64,000 bases of DNA, taken from positions 25,196 to 89,195 of the forward strand of contig CAWCDW010000009.1 in assembly GCA_963794475.1 (NCBI GenBank), in the 5' to 3' direction. Positions 1 through 9,934 of the stretch are shown in pieces. The stretch is from an uncultured Alphaproteobacteria bacterium. GTDB taxonomy: Bacteria; Pseudomonadota; Alphaproteobacteria; Rhizobiales; Beijerinckiaceae. Every line of letters begins with the position of its first letter. Position 1 is the stretch's first letter. A program made the translations under genes and the position numbers. A model generated the notes under the pieces. That model was given only the letters and a program-made list of their open reading frames with translations, was not told where the DNA came from and did not search any database.

Positions 1-2
1 TT

Positions 3-422
3 CCGGCTTTGCTGGGTTACCGCACGACGGCCGAGCAAGCGACGATTCTCGGCTTCATCCTCTTCATCGGCGCTTATGTCGCGGAGGATGTCCGCGGCGG
101 CCTTCGCTCGATCAAACCTGGCCTGGCGCAGGCGGCGCTGGCGACGGGGCTCACGCGCTTCCAGGCGATGCGGCTGATCGTCGTGCCGCTCGCCTTGCGC
201 CGTATCGTCCCTACGCTCTTCAACCAATATGTGCGCCTCCTGAAATTCACCTCCGTCGCCTCGGTGATCGGGGTACAGGAATTCACCGGCAGCGCCATGC
301 TGGTGAATGCGCGCGTCTTCGCGCCGGTGACCCTGCTGGCGTTCGTCGCGCTCACCTATCTCGTTCTTTGCTTGTTGCTGTCGTCGGTCGGGCGTGTGCT
401 CCACGCCCGTCTCGCCGCCTAG
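3..422 (+). CDS. Polar amino-acid ABC transporter permease (HisM/GlnP family), 5'-truncated by the window edge
   Basis: Hydrophobic protein with AALATGLTRFQAMRLIVVP (EAA-like loop) and LLKFTSVASVIG; directly upstream of a GlnQ-type ATPase. Confidence 0.85.
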   Translation, partial: PALLGYRTTAEQATILGFILFIGAYVAEDVRGGLRSIKPGLAQAALATGLTRFQAMRLIVVPLALRRIVPTLFNQYVRLLKFTSVASVIGVQEFTGSAMLVNARVFAPVTLLAFVALTYLVLCLLLSSVGRVLHARLAA

Positions 423-436
423 AATTCAAGGTTGCA

Positions 437-1177
437 ATGCTGGACCCGATCATCGTCCTGAAGGATGTCTCGAAGTCGTATGGCGCTACGCCTGTGCTGC
501 GGCGATGCAGCACCACGGTCGCGCGCGGCGAGGTGGTCGTGGTCTGCGGCCCTTCCGGATCGGGCAAGAGCACGCTCATCAAATGCATCAACGGGCTTGA
601 ACCGTACGGGTCCGGCAGCATCAAGGTGGAAGGCATCGAGGTTGGCGCCAAGGCCACGAACTTGCCGCGGCTGCGTACGCGCATAGGCATGGTGTTCCAG
701 CATTTCGAGCTCTACCCGCATATGACGGCGCTCGAGAACATCGTGCTGGCGCAAGTTCATGCCCTGAAGCGGACACGCAAGGAGGCGCAAGCGCGCGCCT
801 GCCGCCTCCTCGATCGGGTGGGGCTTGCGTCGAAGGCGGACGCGAGGCCCGCAAATCTCTCCGGCGGCCAGCAGCAGCGCATCGCCATCGCACGCGCGCT
901 GGCGCTCGATCCTCAAGCCATGCTGTTCGACGAACCGACGTCCGCGCTCGATCCGGAAATGATCACCGAGGTCTTGGATGTCCTCGTCGCGCTCGCCCGC
1001 GAGGGCATGACCATGATGGTCGTAACCCACGAGATGGGTTTCGCCCGACGTGTCGCCCACCGCATCATCTTCATGGACCAGGGCGAGATCGTCGAGGATA
1101 CGCCGACGGAGACGTTCTTCACCATGCCCGTGAGTGAAAGGGCAAAGCTTTTCCTTTCAAAAATTCTCTCCCATTGA
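437..1177 (+). CDS. Polar amino-acid ABC transporter ATP-binding protein (GlnQ family)
   Basis: Walker A GPSGSGKS, signature LSGGQQQR, Walker B FDEPTSALDPE, VVTHEMGFA; ATG at 437 chosen over the upstream TTG. Confidence 0.95.
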   Translation: MLDPIIVLKDVSKSYGATPVLRRCSTTVARGEVVVVCGPSGSGKSTLIKCINGLEPYGSGSIKVEGIEVGAKATNLPRLRTRIGMVFQHFELYPHMTALENIVLAQVHALKRTRKEAQARACRLLDRVGLASKADARPANLSGGQQQRIAIARALALDPQAMLFDEPTSALDPEMITEVLDVLVALAREGMTMMVVTHEMGFARRVAHRIIFMDQGEIVEDTPTETFFTMPVSERAKLFLSKILSH

Positions 1178-1285
1178 GGCCCGAGGCACGATCCCGGCCC
1201 GATCGTCTCGAGCACCCGCGCTCGGCCGATTTGAGGAAGGTGGGCGAAGCGCCCATTCGGCGCCTCGCCACGCCTGCCGCCCCGA

Positions 1286-2059
1286 TCAAGCCTCGGGGCT
1301 GACGAGCGCGAACATCGCGCCTTGCGGATCGCGGCAATTGATGATCCAGCTTCCGCCAGGCACTTGCATCGGGCCGTTCAGCACTTCGCCCTTCTTGTCC
1401 TTCACGCGCTTCGCGGCCGCGTTGATGCCCTTCACATTGAAGTAATAGAGCCAATAGGGGTGCGGCTCTGAGGCCTGTTTGTTGAACATGCCGCCTGCCG
1501 GCGCGTCGCCGACGACGAAGAGCTGGTAGGTGCCTCCGGGGCCCATGTCGATGGCCTCTCCCTTCGTCCAGCCGAAAAGCTTCGAGTAGAAATCGAAGGC
1601 GCTCTTGCCTTCACCCGCATGCAGCTCGCGCCAGCCGACATGCCCCGTCGCATTCGGCGCGGCTTGCGGTGGCTCCGCGCCGGCCATGCCCTTGAACAGC
1701 ATGAACACGGCGCCTTGCGGATCGGCGACGACGGCGAAGCGCCCGACATTGGGGATGTCGCCGGGTGCGCGGTGGACCTTGCCGCCTGCCTTCTTCACCT
1801 TGTCGGCGAATTGATCCACGTCGTCGGCCGCAATGTAGCCGCCCCATGAGGGCTTGGCCCCCATAGAGGCGGCTTCCTGGGGAATCTTCATCAAGCCGCC
1901 GACCGGGGCGTTCTCGGCGGAGAGGATGGTGTACGACATGTCGGGCATGCCGGCGTCCTTCGCATCCCAGCCGGTGACGGCGCGGTAGAAACCCTCCGCT
2001 GCCTTCGGATCGGTGGTCATCAGCTCGTACCAGACGAATTTGCCATTGGAATTGGACAT
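1286..2059 (-). CDS. VOC/glyoxalase-family protein with two tandem domains
   Basis: Repeated motifs FVWYEL..FY..V.GW and HVGWREL..FY..LFGW; ADPQGAVF / RDPQGAMF. Confidence 0.9.
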   Translation of the reverse strand: MSNSNGKFVWYELMTTDPKAAEGFYRAVTGWDAKDAGMPDMSYTILSAENAPVGGLMKIPQEAASMGAKPSWGGYIAADDVDQFADKVKKAGGKVHRAPGDIPNVGRFAVVADPQGAVFMLFKGMAGAEPPQAAPNATGHVGWRELHAGEGKSAFDFYSKLFGWTKGEAIDMGPGGTYQLFVVGDAPAGGMFNKQASEPHPYWLYYFNVKGINAAAKRVKDKKGEVLNGPMQVPGGSWIINCRDPQGAMFALVSPEA

Positions 2060-2214
2060 CGCTCTCTCCTCTTGCTGCGTTGTTGCGCTTTCCGCCTCTC
2101 GAACAATTCAGTCTTCGATCGGCTCTGTCGCGACGATCGGCTTGGTCATCGAGGCGATGCGGAAGATGGGCCGGAGCGCGCCGCGCTCGGCGCTCTCGCG
2201 CGCATCGCCGAGCG

Positions 2215-2952
2215 TCAGCCTCGCGCCCGGCGCGCCGGCTTTTCGTCTTTCCCGTATTCGTCGTGCCGGCGCACGAAATCCATCGTCGTCTTCTCGTTGC
2301 GGCCTTTCGGAGCGCGATCGAGAATCATCAAGGCGCCGATCAATTCCTCGTCGCCGCGCGCGTAGCTCGAATAGGTGTGGTACACGGCGCCGGCCTCGTC
2401 CTTGATGAAGGCGCTCAGGCCCGGCAGCTCGTCATTCCCGCGTGCCTTCGCGTCGATCTCGCTGAAATTGTAGATGATCGTGCCGCTCGCGAGCGCCTCC
2501 TTGGTGAAGGACACGTGGTAATCGAAATTGAAATCGCTGCCGAAGGAAGAGACCCAGGGAAACCGCCAGCCCATGCGCGCTTTATAGCGCTCGATCTCGG
2601 CAAGCGGCGCGCGCGACACCGCGATCAACGTCACATCGTGATGCTCGAGATGCGGCAAGGCGCCGTCCAGATGGTCGCAGAGGAATGAGCAGCCCGGGCA
2701 GCCAGCGGCCCAGCCCGGACCCAGCATGAAATGATAGACGATGAGCTGGCTGCGACCGGCGAATAAATCAGCAAGCGATTGCTTTCCCTCCGGCGTGTCG
2801 AACGCATAATTCGTCTCGACCTTGACCCAGGGGAGGGCCAGCCGCTCGGCGTTGACCTTGTCGCGCAGATGCGTCGCTTCCTTCTCTTTCGCGAGAAGCG
2901 CCTTGCGTGCGACGAGCCATTGCTCACGCGACACGACAGGGTGGTGCTGCAT
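2215..2952 (-). CDS. DUF899 family thioredoxin-like protein
   Basis: VVSREQWLVARKALLAKEKE, LPWVKVE, LIVYHFM, GCPGCSF (CxxC), YHTYSSYARG. Confidence 0.85.
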   Translation of the reverse strand: MQHHPVVSREQWLVARKALLAKEKEATHLRDKVNAERLALPWVKVETNYAFDTPEGKQSLADLFAGRSQLIVYHFMLGPGWAAGCPGCSFLCDHLDGALPHLEHHDVTLIAVSRAPLAEIERYKARMGWRFPWVSSFGSDFNFDYHVSFTKEALASGTIIYNFSEIDAKARGNDELPGLSAFIKDEAGAVYHTYSSYARGDEELIGALMILDRAPKGRNEKTTMDFVRRHDEYGKDEKPARRARG

Positions 2953-3067
2953 TTTCGTCCTCCACTGTTTCGAACTCGGAGGGTCCCGAAGGTCCCCGAC
3001 GCTTGGCCGAACTCACGAGCCCGCCATGCATGGACCTGCTCCTTGAAGATAGTGCGACGGCGGCTCC

Positions 3068-3091
3068 TTGACAAAATAGGTTGATATCAAC
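3068..3091. promoter_or_regulatory. TTGACA box followed by perfect 12-bp palindrome GTTGATATCAAC; likely MarR operator between divergent genes
   Basis: TTGACA at 3068-3073 and palindrome at 3080-3091, just upstream of the MarR start and divergent from DUF899. Confidence 0.55.
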
Positions 3092-3102
3092 ATTATTTGC
3101 CT

Positions 3103-3549
3103 ATGTCAAAGCCGGCCGAGCTTTCCTATGAAACCACGCTTCTGGTGCGCGACCATTGCCTCTGCCTTCATATGCAGCGCGCGGCGCGCGCTGTCGCGCG
3201 GCGCTTCGACGCGGCGTTTCGGCCGCTCAACCTCACAAACGGCCAGTTTTCGCTGATGATGTCCCTCAATCGGCCGGTGCCCCCTCCGATCGGCGCGTTG
3301 GCGTCGCTTCTGGCGATGGATCGCACGACGCTTACGGCCGCGCTGAAGCCGCTCGAGCGCCGCGGCCTCGTCGCGGCCTCGCCCGATCCGAAGGACAAGC
3401 GCAGCCGTTTGCTGACGCTCACGCCCGAAGGCCGACGACTTCTCGCGCGCGCCCTGCCGGTCTGGAACGAGACCCATATCGCGGTCGAGGCGCTCCTGCG
3501 CGAAGACGCGCCGCGGCGGTTACGCGAGGAGCTGCGCGCGTTGTCGTGA
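3103..3549 (+). CDS. MarR family transcriptional regulator
   Basis: CLCLHMQRAARAVARRFD..LTNGQFSL..MDRTTLTAALKPLERRGLV..DKRSRLLTLTPEG winged-helix pattern. Confidence 0.92.
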   Translation: MSKPAELSYETTLLVRDHCLCLHMQRAARAVARRFDAAFRPLNLTNGQFSLMMSLNRPVPPPIGALASLLAMDRTTLTAALKPLERRGLVAASPDPKDKRSRLLTLTPEGRRLLARALPVWNETHIAVEALLREDAPRRLREELRALS

Positions 3550-3598
3550 GGCGCTGGGCCGCGGGGATGTTTAGCCGGAGGATGAGGTAAAATCCCCA

Positions 3599-3821
3599 AT
3601 GAGCGAAACACACCGAAACGATCGATCCAAGCCAATGCGGCGGGCGTCCCTGCCTACGCGGCTTGCGCATTCGCGTGAAGGGCGAGCTCGATCTCCTAGC
3701 GGTCGGCGCCAGCCGCGAGGAAATCCTCGACGATTATCCGTTACTCGAATCCGAGGACATCACCGCGGCGCTCGAATATGCGGCCCGCTAGAGTGACCAT
3801 CCGGTGCTGCACGTCGCCTGA
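3599..3821 (+). pseudogene. DUF433 antitoxin-like gene, disrupted
   Basis: Manual translation after a frameshift at ~3620: IDPSQCGGRPCLRGLRIRV..LDLLAVGASREEILDDYPLLESEDITAALEYAAR*SDHPVLHVA; premature TAG at 3789-3791. Confidence 0.8.
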
Positions 3822-3892
3822 TGCGGTTTCTTTGTCAGCGCACAGCTACGAAGCCGGCGCTATGCTTGCCGCAGCTCTCGTGGATCAATTAA
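3821..3892 (+). pseudogene. Remnant of DUF5615/PIN-like toxin partner
   Basis: TGATG overlap with the DUF433 stop; starts ATG CGG TTT CTT (MRFL) with a nearby GCA CAG CTA (AQL), then degenerates. Confidence 0.45.
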
Positions 3893-3965
3893 GTCCGGAC
3901 CCTGGTGTGCCGAACACGCGCTGCCTGTGTTGCTTGCTAAATTCGACCTGGACATGAGGGGCATC

Positions 3966-4373
3966 CTATCGGTAAGTCGTCTTGCGCCCCCAGGATTTCC
4001 AATACTCCGACTTGCTCGGCCGCGGCCGGGAGCGCGCGGTGCCGCTGGTCGGTTCGGGATATTCGAAGGCCTTGACCTTCACCCGGAAGACGAAGGCCAC
4101 TTCCTTGGCGATGTCCGCCTCGGCGAGACGGCAGGCCCAATGCGCCGGCACCCGGCAGCGCCTTCGGCTGTCGATCATGACGAAGCTCGAGCCTTCCTCC
4201 CGGATCTTGATGCGGTGCTCTCTTCCGGCCGGGTCCGCCCCGATGACGACGCAATACAGGCTTCGGCTCCGCCCCTCGCCCTCGGGGTGGTCACATGCCG
4301 AGACCGCGCGCGTCGCGCCACGCGGCGCGCCGAATGCTGGCTCCTTCCTGCGCTCGCGAGCATTCGAAGTCAT
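3966..4373 (-). CDS. Hypothetical small protein; true start uncertain, probably downstream of 4373
   Basis: C-terminal ~100 codons show strong G/C-ending codon bias (ATC, GTC, TTC, AAG); no family recognised. Confidence 0.45.
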   Translation of the reverse strand: MTSNARERRKEPAFGAPRGATRAVSACDHPEGEGRSRSLYCVVIGADPAGREHRIKIREEGSSFVMIDSRRRCRVPAHWACRLAEADIAKEVAFVFRVKVKAFEYPEPTSGTARSRPRPSKSEYWKSWGRKTTYR

Positions 4374-4988
4374 GCGGCCTACTCCCTAGGCCGGATTGCG
4401 CTCCGAGGATCGGGCGCTGTGAGGACGACGCGACCGACAATCGTCAAAGCGTTCGAATCCCAAGTATTCGCCTTTAGACCACAGTGTCAGGGAGAGCGCT
4501 TGACAGAAGGCATCCCTGTTTTAACAGGAATGGCGGCCCGTCCGGTGCGGGGATGAAGCGAGAGCCCGACAAATGCGCCGGAGGCCGGTCGAGATTTGTC
4601 CGTTCGGCCGCCGCCGTTCGACCCGGCGGAGGAAAAATACCTCCGATTTCGATCAAATCGCCCGCAAACGGGATCGAAAGGTAAGAAAACTCCTCGAAAT
4701 GCGCCTTCCTGGCGCCGCACTTGCCCAGGTTGCGGCAAGGGAACAAATCTTCCCTTCGCGAATTATGGCAAAAGCTTCGAAGTCTCGGCATCCATGCGAT
4801 AAATTTGCCACGGCTGGCGTTAAATCAGGGCATACTGAAGATTCTGTCTGGAAATGTTCAAGCGAATGCTGCAGATGTCAAGCGTCCTTTTCTTTCGCGA
4901 CGTAGCAATGATCAGCAACGGAGAATTCACTGTGAGGAAGGTCATGTATTCAGACTGCGTATCCAAGCGACGCAACTTCTTTGGTGGC

Positions 4989-5924
4989 TTGCGCAAGGGC
5001 GTGCTCAAGAGCGCGTTCCTGGCGACCGCCACCCTCGGGCTCCTCGGTAGCTCGGCCTTCGCCGCGGATCTTCCCACGCGCAAAGGTCCCCCGATTGCCC
5101 CGGTCTACGTTCCGCCGGCCTTCACCTGGACCGGCTTCTATGTCGGCGTGAACGCCGGCTATGGCTGGACGAACAACAACAACAACAACAATTTGGGTTT
5201 CCCCTTCGTCGGGGCCGTGCCCGTAGGCGGCACGTTCATTCCCTTCGCCTCAGGCGGAAGCAGCAATCGCGGCGGCTTCGTCGGCGGCGTGCAGGCGGGC
5301 TACAACTACCAATTCGGTTATGGCTCAGGCTTCGTAATCGGCGCCGAGACGGACATCGACTGGGCCGACATCAACCGCAACCACAACAACAATGGGTTGC
5401 TCATCGGTTCGTTCACGTTACCGCAATTCCCCGGCACGATCTTCACGCCGTCAAATGGAGCCACCACCGTTCACAACAACAACAACCAATATATCGGCAC
5501 CGTGCGCCTGCGGGCCGGCTATGCCTTCGACCGCTTCTTGGTCTACGCGACAGGCGGTCTCGCTTATGGCGGCGTCGTGAACAACAACAACCAATTTGGC
5601 TCAGCGATCATCGCGACCACCGCGCCCGGCGCCGTCATACCAACCACCGGGGTTATCGCTCTGACGCCGACGCAAACGGTCATCGGCAGCGGCATCACCA
5701 GTCATAGCAGCAGCACGAAGGCTGGCTGGACAGTCGGTGGCGGCGTGGAATATGCCTTCACCCCGAACTGGACCGTCAAGGGCGAATATCTCTATGAGAA
5801 CTTCGGTCACGTCAACAGCGCGCCGGGCTTCTTCCTTCCGGGCGTCGCGACAGCCTTCAACAATTCGAACCGGAGCATCAACGTGAACATCGTGCGGGTC
5901 GGCCTGAACTACAAGTTCTGGTAA
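4989..5924 (+). CDS. Outer-membrane beta-barrel protein (Omp25/Omp31/RopB-like) with Asn-rich loops
   Basis: Signal peptide ending SAFA-ADLP; FTWTGFYVGVNAGYGW; GTVRLRAGYAFDRFLVYATGGLAYG; C-terminal VRVGLNYKFW; start at TTG 4989 or GTG 5001. Confidence 0.9.
   Translation: MRKGVLKSAFLATATLGLLGSSAFAADLPTRKGPPIAPVYVPPAFTWTGFYVGVNAGYGWTNNNNNNNLGFPFVGAVPVGGTFIPFASGGSSNRGGFVGGVQAGYNYQFGYGSGFVIGAETDIDWADINRNHNNNGLLIGSFTLPQFPGTIFTPSNGATTVHNNNNQYIGTVRLRAGYAFDRFLVYATGGLAYGGVVNNNNQFGSAIIATTAPGAVIPTTGVIALTPTQTVIGSGITSHSSSTKAGWTVGGGVEYAFTPNWTVKGEYLYENFGHVNSAPGFFLPGVATAFNNSNRSINVNIVRVGLNYKFW
5172..5192 (+). repeat. (AAC)6-AAT trinucleotide run encoding Asn7
   Basis: aacaacaacaacaacaacaat read directly. 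Confidence 0.95.
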
Positions 5925-5949
5925 GCTTTCGGCTCCTCGAGCGAATGCG

Positions 5950-5978
5950 AAACGGCGGGCGCGAGCCCGCCGTTTTTT
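5950..5978 (+). terminator. Rho-independent terminator of the omp gene
   Basis: 11-bp stem AAACGGCGGGC/GCCCGCCGTTT, GCGA tetraloop, T-run. Confidence 0.9.
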
Positions 5979-5994
5979 GTTGAGGCGGCGACGC

Positions 5995-7063
5995 TCACCC
6001 GATCCGAAGGCGCTGCCCGGCCGCTTTACGTGACGGCCTGTCCCGGGGAAGGAAACGTTCCGCGCGCCAGGCGATCGGGGTCTTGCCCGACCAGCGGCGG
6101 AAGGCCCGCGAGAAGGCGCTCGCTTCCGAATAATCGAGCATCGCGGCCACATGGGTCATCGCGAGCGAAGTGTCGGCGAGGAGATGGCGCGCCACCTCAT
6201 AGCGGGCCTCGTCGACGAGCGCGCGAAACTTGATGTCGTCCCGCTCCATCCGCCGGGCCAGCGTTCGAGGCTCGAGGTGGAAGAGCTCGCTAACCGCTTC
6301 CAAGGAGCATCGCCGCGTGAGAACCAGCGTCCGCAAGAGCCGGCGAAGCCGCGCCTCGAAGCTCTCGACGCTCTGGGCCTCGAGCTCCTCGATGTGACTT
6401 CTCAACGAGGCCAAAAATCAACGGATGGGCGTCCCGCACCGGATGAGCCAGCCAGTCGGCCGAGAAGACGATGGCGCCGTGCTCGGCGCCGAACCGCAAA
6501 GGCGCGTTGAAGACATTCTCGTAGGGCCTCGTGTTGCGCGGGCGCTGGCGCGGCAAGCCGATCTCGATCGGTTGCCAGGAAGGGCCGCACAAGCGGCGCA
6601 CGACGTTGAACAAGCTCGCGATCGCAAAATCCACGATCTCACGCGCGCCGGGGACCGCATTCTCAAAGATCGTGTAGCCGAGCGAGGCTGTACCTTTCGA
6701 GACTTCGAGGATCGGAACGCCGCGCGCATCGTGGAGGTGGAAATGGCGAATGAGATTGTCGAGCGCGCCGCGCACACTCTGAGAATTCTCGATGAGCACG
6801 CCGAGATAGCCGAGCGAACGCGTCGAGGATTTCTGGCCGAGAAGCAAGCCGATGTGTCCGTTCTGCGTCGCGCGGGCGGCTTGCTCGACGAGATGCCCGA
6901 GACTCAGAAACGGAATGACGTTCTCGGGATCGGCAAGAACCTCCGGGCTCAGGCCGGCGGCGGCGATCACCGCATCCGCATCGGCGCCGAGATCGCGCAG
7001 GAGCGCCGGTAGCGCCATCGCCCCGCCGACCCGGATGAGCTCGAGATCGTCTTGCCGCCGCAT
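5995..7063 (-). pseudogene. AraC family regulator split by one frameshift at ~6400 (pseudogene or sequence error)
   Basis: N-terminal sensor domain in ORF 6290..7108; C-terminal HTH (LDYSEASAFSRAFRRWSGKTP) in ORF 5995..6414; removing one base in GAG AAG TCA CAT restores EKHIEELE. Confidence 0.8.
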
Positions 7064-7193
7064 GAGTTCACCGCCACAAGCGGCAGACCGCGCGCCCCTT
7101 CGGTTCACGCTGCCACGATGAACGTTCTTTCTGTAAGCGGCATTACAGGCGATATTGCCTGACGGTGCAATAGTTCAACCTCGCGGGTCTAGT

Positions 7194-7976
7194 TTAATCT
7201 CGCCGGGCGGCAGCTGATTTGCCTCGAAGAACCTTGGCAAACGCCTTGCGTGCGGCAATCGCGAGATACCAGGCGCCCGGTTCCGATCCGCCTTCCACCT
7301 GCTGCATGCGATCCCGAACGGCGGCGTTGGAAAAGGCACCGATGAAGCGCGGATGCACCACCGCCTTGATCCGAGGCTCGCGTCCGGCAAGAGAGGGGTT
7401 GCGCGTCGCACGGAACAGGTTTTGCCGATACCAGGGCTCGACGCGATCATCGTCCCAGATCTCCCAGCGTGGTGCGTCGTCGCAACTGAAGCCGTGAGCA
7501 TTGAAACGGCTTTGCCAGTAGGTCGGCCATTGGCAATTGACGTGGTGTTGGCCGGGCTGGCCCGGAATGGCAGCACTGAACAGGATTTCGTCCGCATGGG
7601 CCACGATCGAGGAAATCAACGCTTCCGCGGAGGCTTCGGGAAGGTGCTCGGCAACCTCCAGGCACAACACGACGTCAAAGCCGCGCCCGAGAGAGAAGGG
7701 GCGAGAGAGATCGACCTCGCCGACCAGCTCTCGCGCGACCTGGAGCTCGTTGGGCTCGACGATGATTCCATCCACGCCGAAGAGATCGGCAACGCCAAGG
7801 GCGGCGGCCGCTCGCAACCAGGTGCCGGTTCCGCAACCGACATCGAGCACGCTTCGCGGGCGCCGACGAAAAAGCGCCGACAGCGCGGCGGCGGCTCCAT
7901 CGAGCGTGTGCAGATTACGGGAATGGTCATAGTCGACGATCATGAGCGGTCGATCCTTAGGAACCATCATCGGCAT
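7194..7976 (-). CDS. Class I SAM-dependent methyltransferase
   Basis: SVLDVGCGTG motif I; FDVVLCLEVAEHL; QPGQHHVNCQW. Confidence 0.88.
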   Translation of the reverse strand: MPMMVPKDRPLMIVDYDHSRNLHTLDGAAAALSALFRRRPRSVLDVGCGTGTWLRAAAALGVADLFGVDGIIVEPNELQVARELVGEVDLSRPFSLGRGFDVVLCLEVAEHLPEASAEALISSIVAHADEILFSAAIPGQPGQHHVNCQWPTYWQSRFNAHGFSCDDAPRWEIWDDDRVEPWYRQNLFRATRNPSLAGREPRIKAVVHPRFIGAFSNAAVRDRMQQVEGGSEPGAWYLAIAARKAFAKVLRGKSAAARRD

Positions 7977-8070
7977 TCGAGGGCGGTTTTCTTGATAAGC
8001 CTAAGCTTAGCGTGACCTTGAATCACCGGGCCTTTGCCTTCCCGCGCGGCGTCTTCGCGCCGGCGGCACT

Positions 8071-9246
8071 TCAGCTTTTCACGAAGATCTCGCGCGGCAA
8101 ATCCGCGAGCGGCTCGCACCCGGTTGAGGTGACGAGAAGCGTCTCGCTGATCTCGATGCCCCAGCCCTCCATCCACATGCCGAGGATCGCATGAAGCACA
8201 TGGCCGGGCGCCAGGACCGTAGGGTCGCCTTGCCGCAAGCTGATCGTGTGCTCTCCCCAATCAGGCGGATAGGCGAGGCCGATCGAATAGCCGATCCGGG
8301 ATTCCTTCTTGAAGCCGTGACGCGCGATCGCGGCGCGCCAGGCGGCCTCGACGTCATGGGCGGACTTCCCGGGGGCGGCGGTGCCCAAAACCGCCGCCAT
8401 CCCTTCGAGCACGGCCGTCTCGACCTCGGCGACCTTTTGCGGCTTGGCGCCAAGCTGCATCGTCCGCGCGAGCCCGGCCGTGTAGTGGCGGCAGGCGCCG
8501 GCAAGCTCGAGGGCCACCGTCTCCCCTTCGGCGAATCGGCGCTCGCTCCACATGAGGTGCGGCGCCGATGCGTTCTCGCCGGCGAGGATCGTCGGCGGCA
8601 GAGCGGTGATGTCGCCGGCGTGACTCTCGAGGCCCCCATATTGCGCCGCCTGGATCGCGCCCACCGCGTCGCATTCGCGCACGCCCGGCGCGATGACATG
8701 GTAAGCCGTCCTCACGGCGGCTTCGGCGAGTTTGGCTGCGTGCCGCAGATAGGCGATCTCGGCTGAGGATTTCACGGCCCGGATCCAATTCACCATGAGG
8801 TCCGCATCGGCGAATTTCGCATTGGGCAAGGCCGCGACGAGCCGCGCATGCGCCTTGGGCGAATAGTAATAGGCCTCGAGCTCGATGCCGATGCGTCCCC
8901 TTCCCCATCCCTTGCCGGCGATCCATTTGCCGATCCAATCCATCGGATGGCGATCTTGCGCCTGGACATGGTCCTCAGGGAAGCCGACGATGTTCTCAGG
9001 TTTCATCCACGCCGTCAGCTTTCCTCCCGCCGCGTCCATGGCCCGGCCGATCCAGACGGGCTCGCCCTCGAGCGGCACGAGCACGACTTGCGGCGTGTAA
9101 AAGGACCAGCCGTCATAGGCGGTGATATAGTGCTGATTGGCGATATCGTTGACGATGAGAAGATCGAGCCTACGCTTCGACATCTGGTCTCGGATTTTCT
9201 CCAGACGCGACGCATATTCATCGCGAGTGAAGGGGAGAGGCACCAT
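8071..9246 (-). CDS. M24 peptidase/creatinase-fold hydrolase, ectoine hydrolase DoeA/EutD-like
   Basis: [55 protein letters not shown]. Confidence 0.82.
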   Translation of the reverse strand: MVPLPFTRDEYASRLEKIRDQMSKRRLDLLIVNDIANQHYITAYDGWSFYTPQVVLVPLEGEPVWIGRAMDAAGGKLTAWMKPENIVGFPEDHVQAQDRHPMDWIGKWIAGKGWGRGRIGIELEAYYYSPKAHARLVAALPNAKFADADLMVNWIRAVKSSAEIAYLRHAAKLAEAAVRTAYHVIAPGVRECDAVGAIQAAQYGGLESHAGDITALPPTILAGENASAPHLMWSERRFAEGETVALELAGACRHYTAGLARTMQLGAKPQKVAEVETAVLEGMAAVLGTAAPGKSAHDVEAAWRAAIARHGFKKESRIGYSIGLAYPPDWGEHTISLRQGDPTVLAPGHVLHAILGMWMEGWGIEISETLLVTSTGCEPLADLPREIFVKS

Positions 9247-9305
9247 GTTCCGCTCCTGCGTTTGGCGGCCACTACGGGTTTGTCCGCGGAAGGAAGGATA
9301 GCGCA

Positions 9306-9830
9306 ATGAATTTCGATGCCATCGCCATCGGGCATTCCCCACCTGACGATGTGAACGTCATCATCGAGGTTCCGCTCGGCGGCGAACCGATCAAATACGA
9401 GATGGACAAGGCGGCAGGCACGCTCGTGGTCGATCGCTTCCTCTACACGCCGATGCGCTATCCCGGCAATTACGGCTTCGTGCCGCATACCCTGTCGGAA
9501 GATGGCGACCCCATCGATGTTCTCGTCGCCAACACGCGCCCGATATTTCCGGGCGCCGTGATCAACGTGAAGCCCATCGGCGTCTTGCGGATGGAGGATG
9601 ATGGCGGAGGCGATGAGAAGATCATCGCGGTCCCGTCCGGCCGGCTCACCCAGCGCTATGTGCATGTCGAGAATTACGCCGATTTGCCGGCGATCACCTG
9701 CCAGCAGATCGAGCATTTCTTCCTGCATTACAAGGATCTCGAGCCCGGCAAATGGGTGAAGTTGAGCGGTTGGGGGGATGCGGCGCAAGCGCGAAAGCTC
9801 ATCCGCGAGGCCATGGCGCGTTCGAAATGA
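9306..9830 (+). CDS. ppa: Inorganic pyrophosphatase (family I)
   Basis: [42 protein letters not shown]. Confidence 0.97.
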   Translation: MNFDAIAIGHSPPDDVNVIIEVPLGGEPIKYEMDKAAGTLVVDRFLYTPMRYPGNYGFVPHTLSEDGDPIDVLVANTRPIFPGAVINVKPIGVLRMEDDGGGDEKIIAVPSGRLTQRYVHVENYADLPAITCQQIEHFFLHYKDLEPGKWVKLSGWGDAAQARKLIREAMARSK

Positions 9831-9934
9831 TCAGGGCCGATCGGATCGGCAAGCGGGGCGCGATCGGTTTTTCGATTCGGGGCCATCGTCAACGGATTTG
9901 ACGGCGCGGTGTTTGCCGCCACCGACCGCGCGTT

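Noticed and set aside
9306-9830. ppa located far from yggT-DUF167-folD
   Set aside because: I recall linkage in some relatives but cannot verify it; simple rearrangement would explain it
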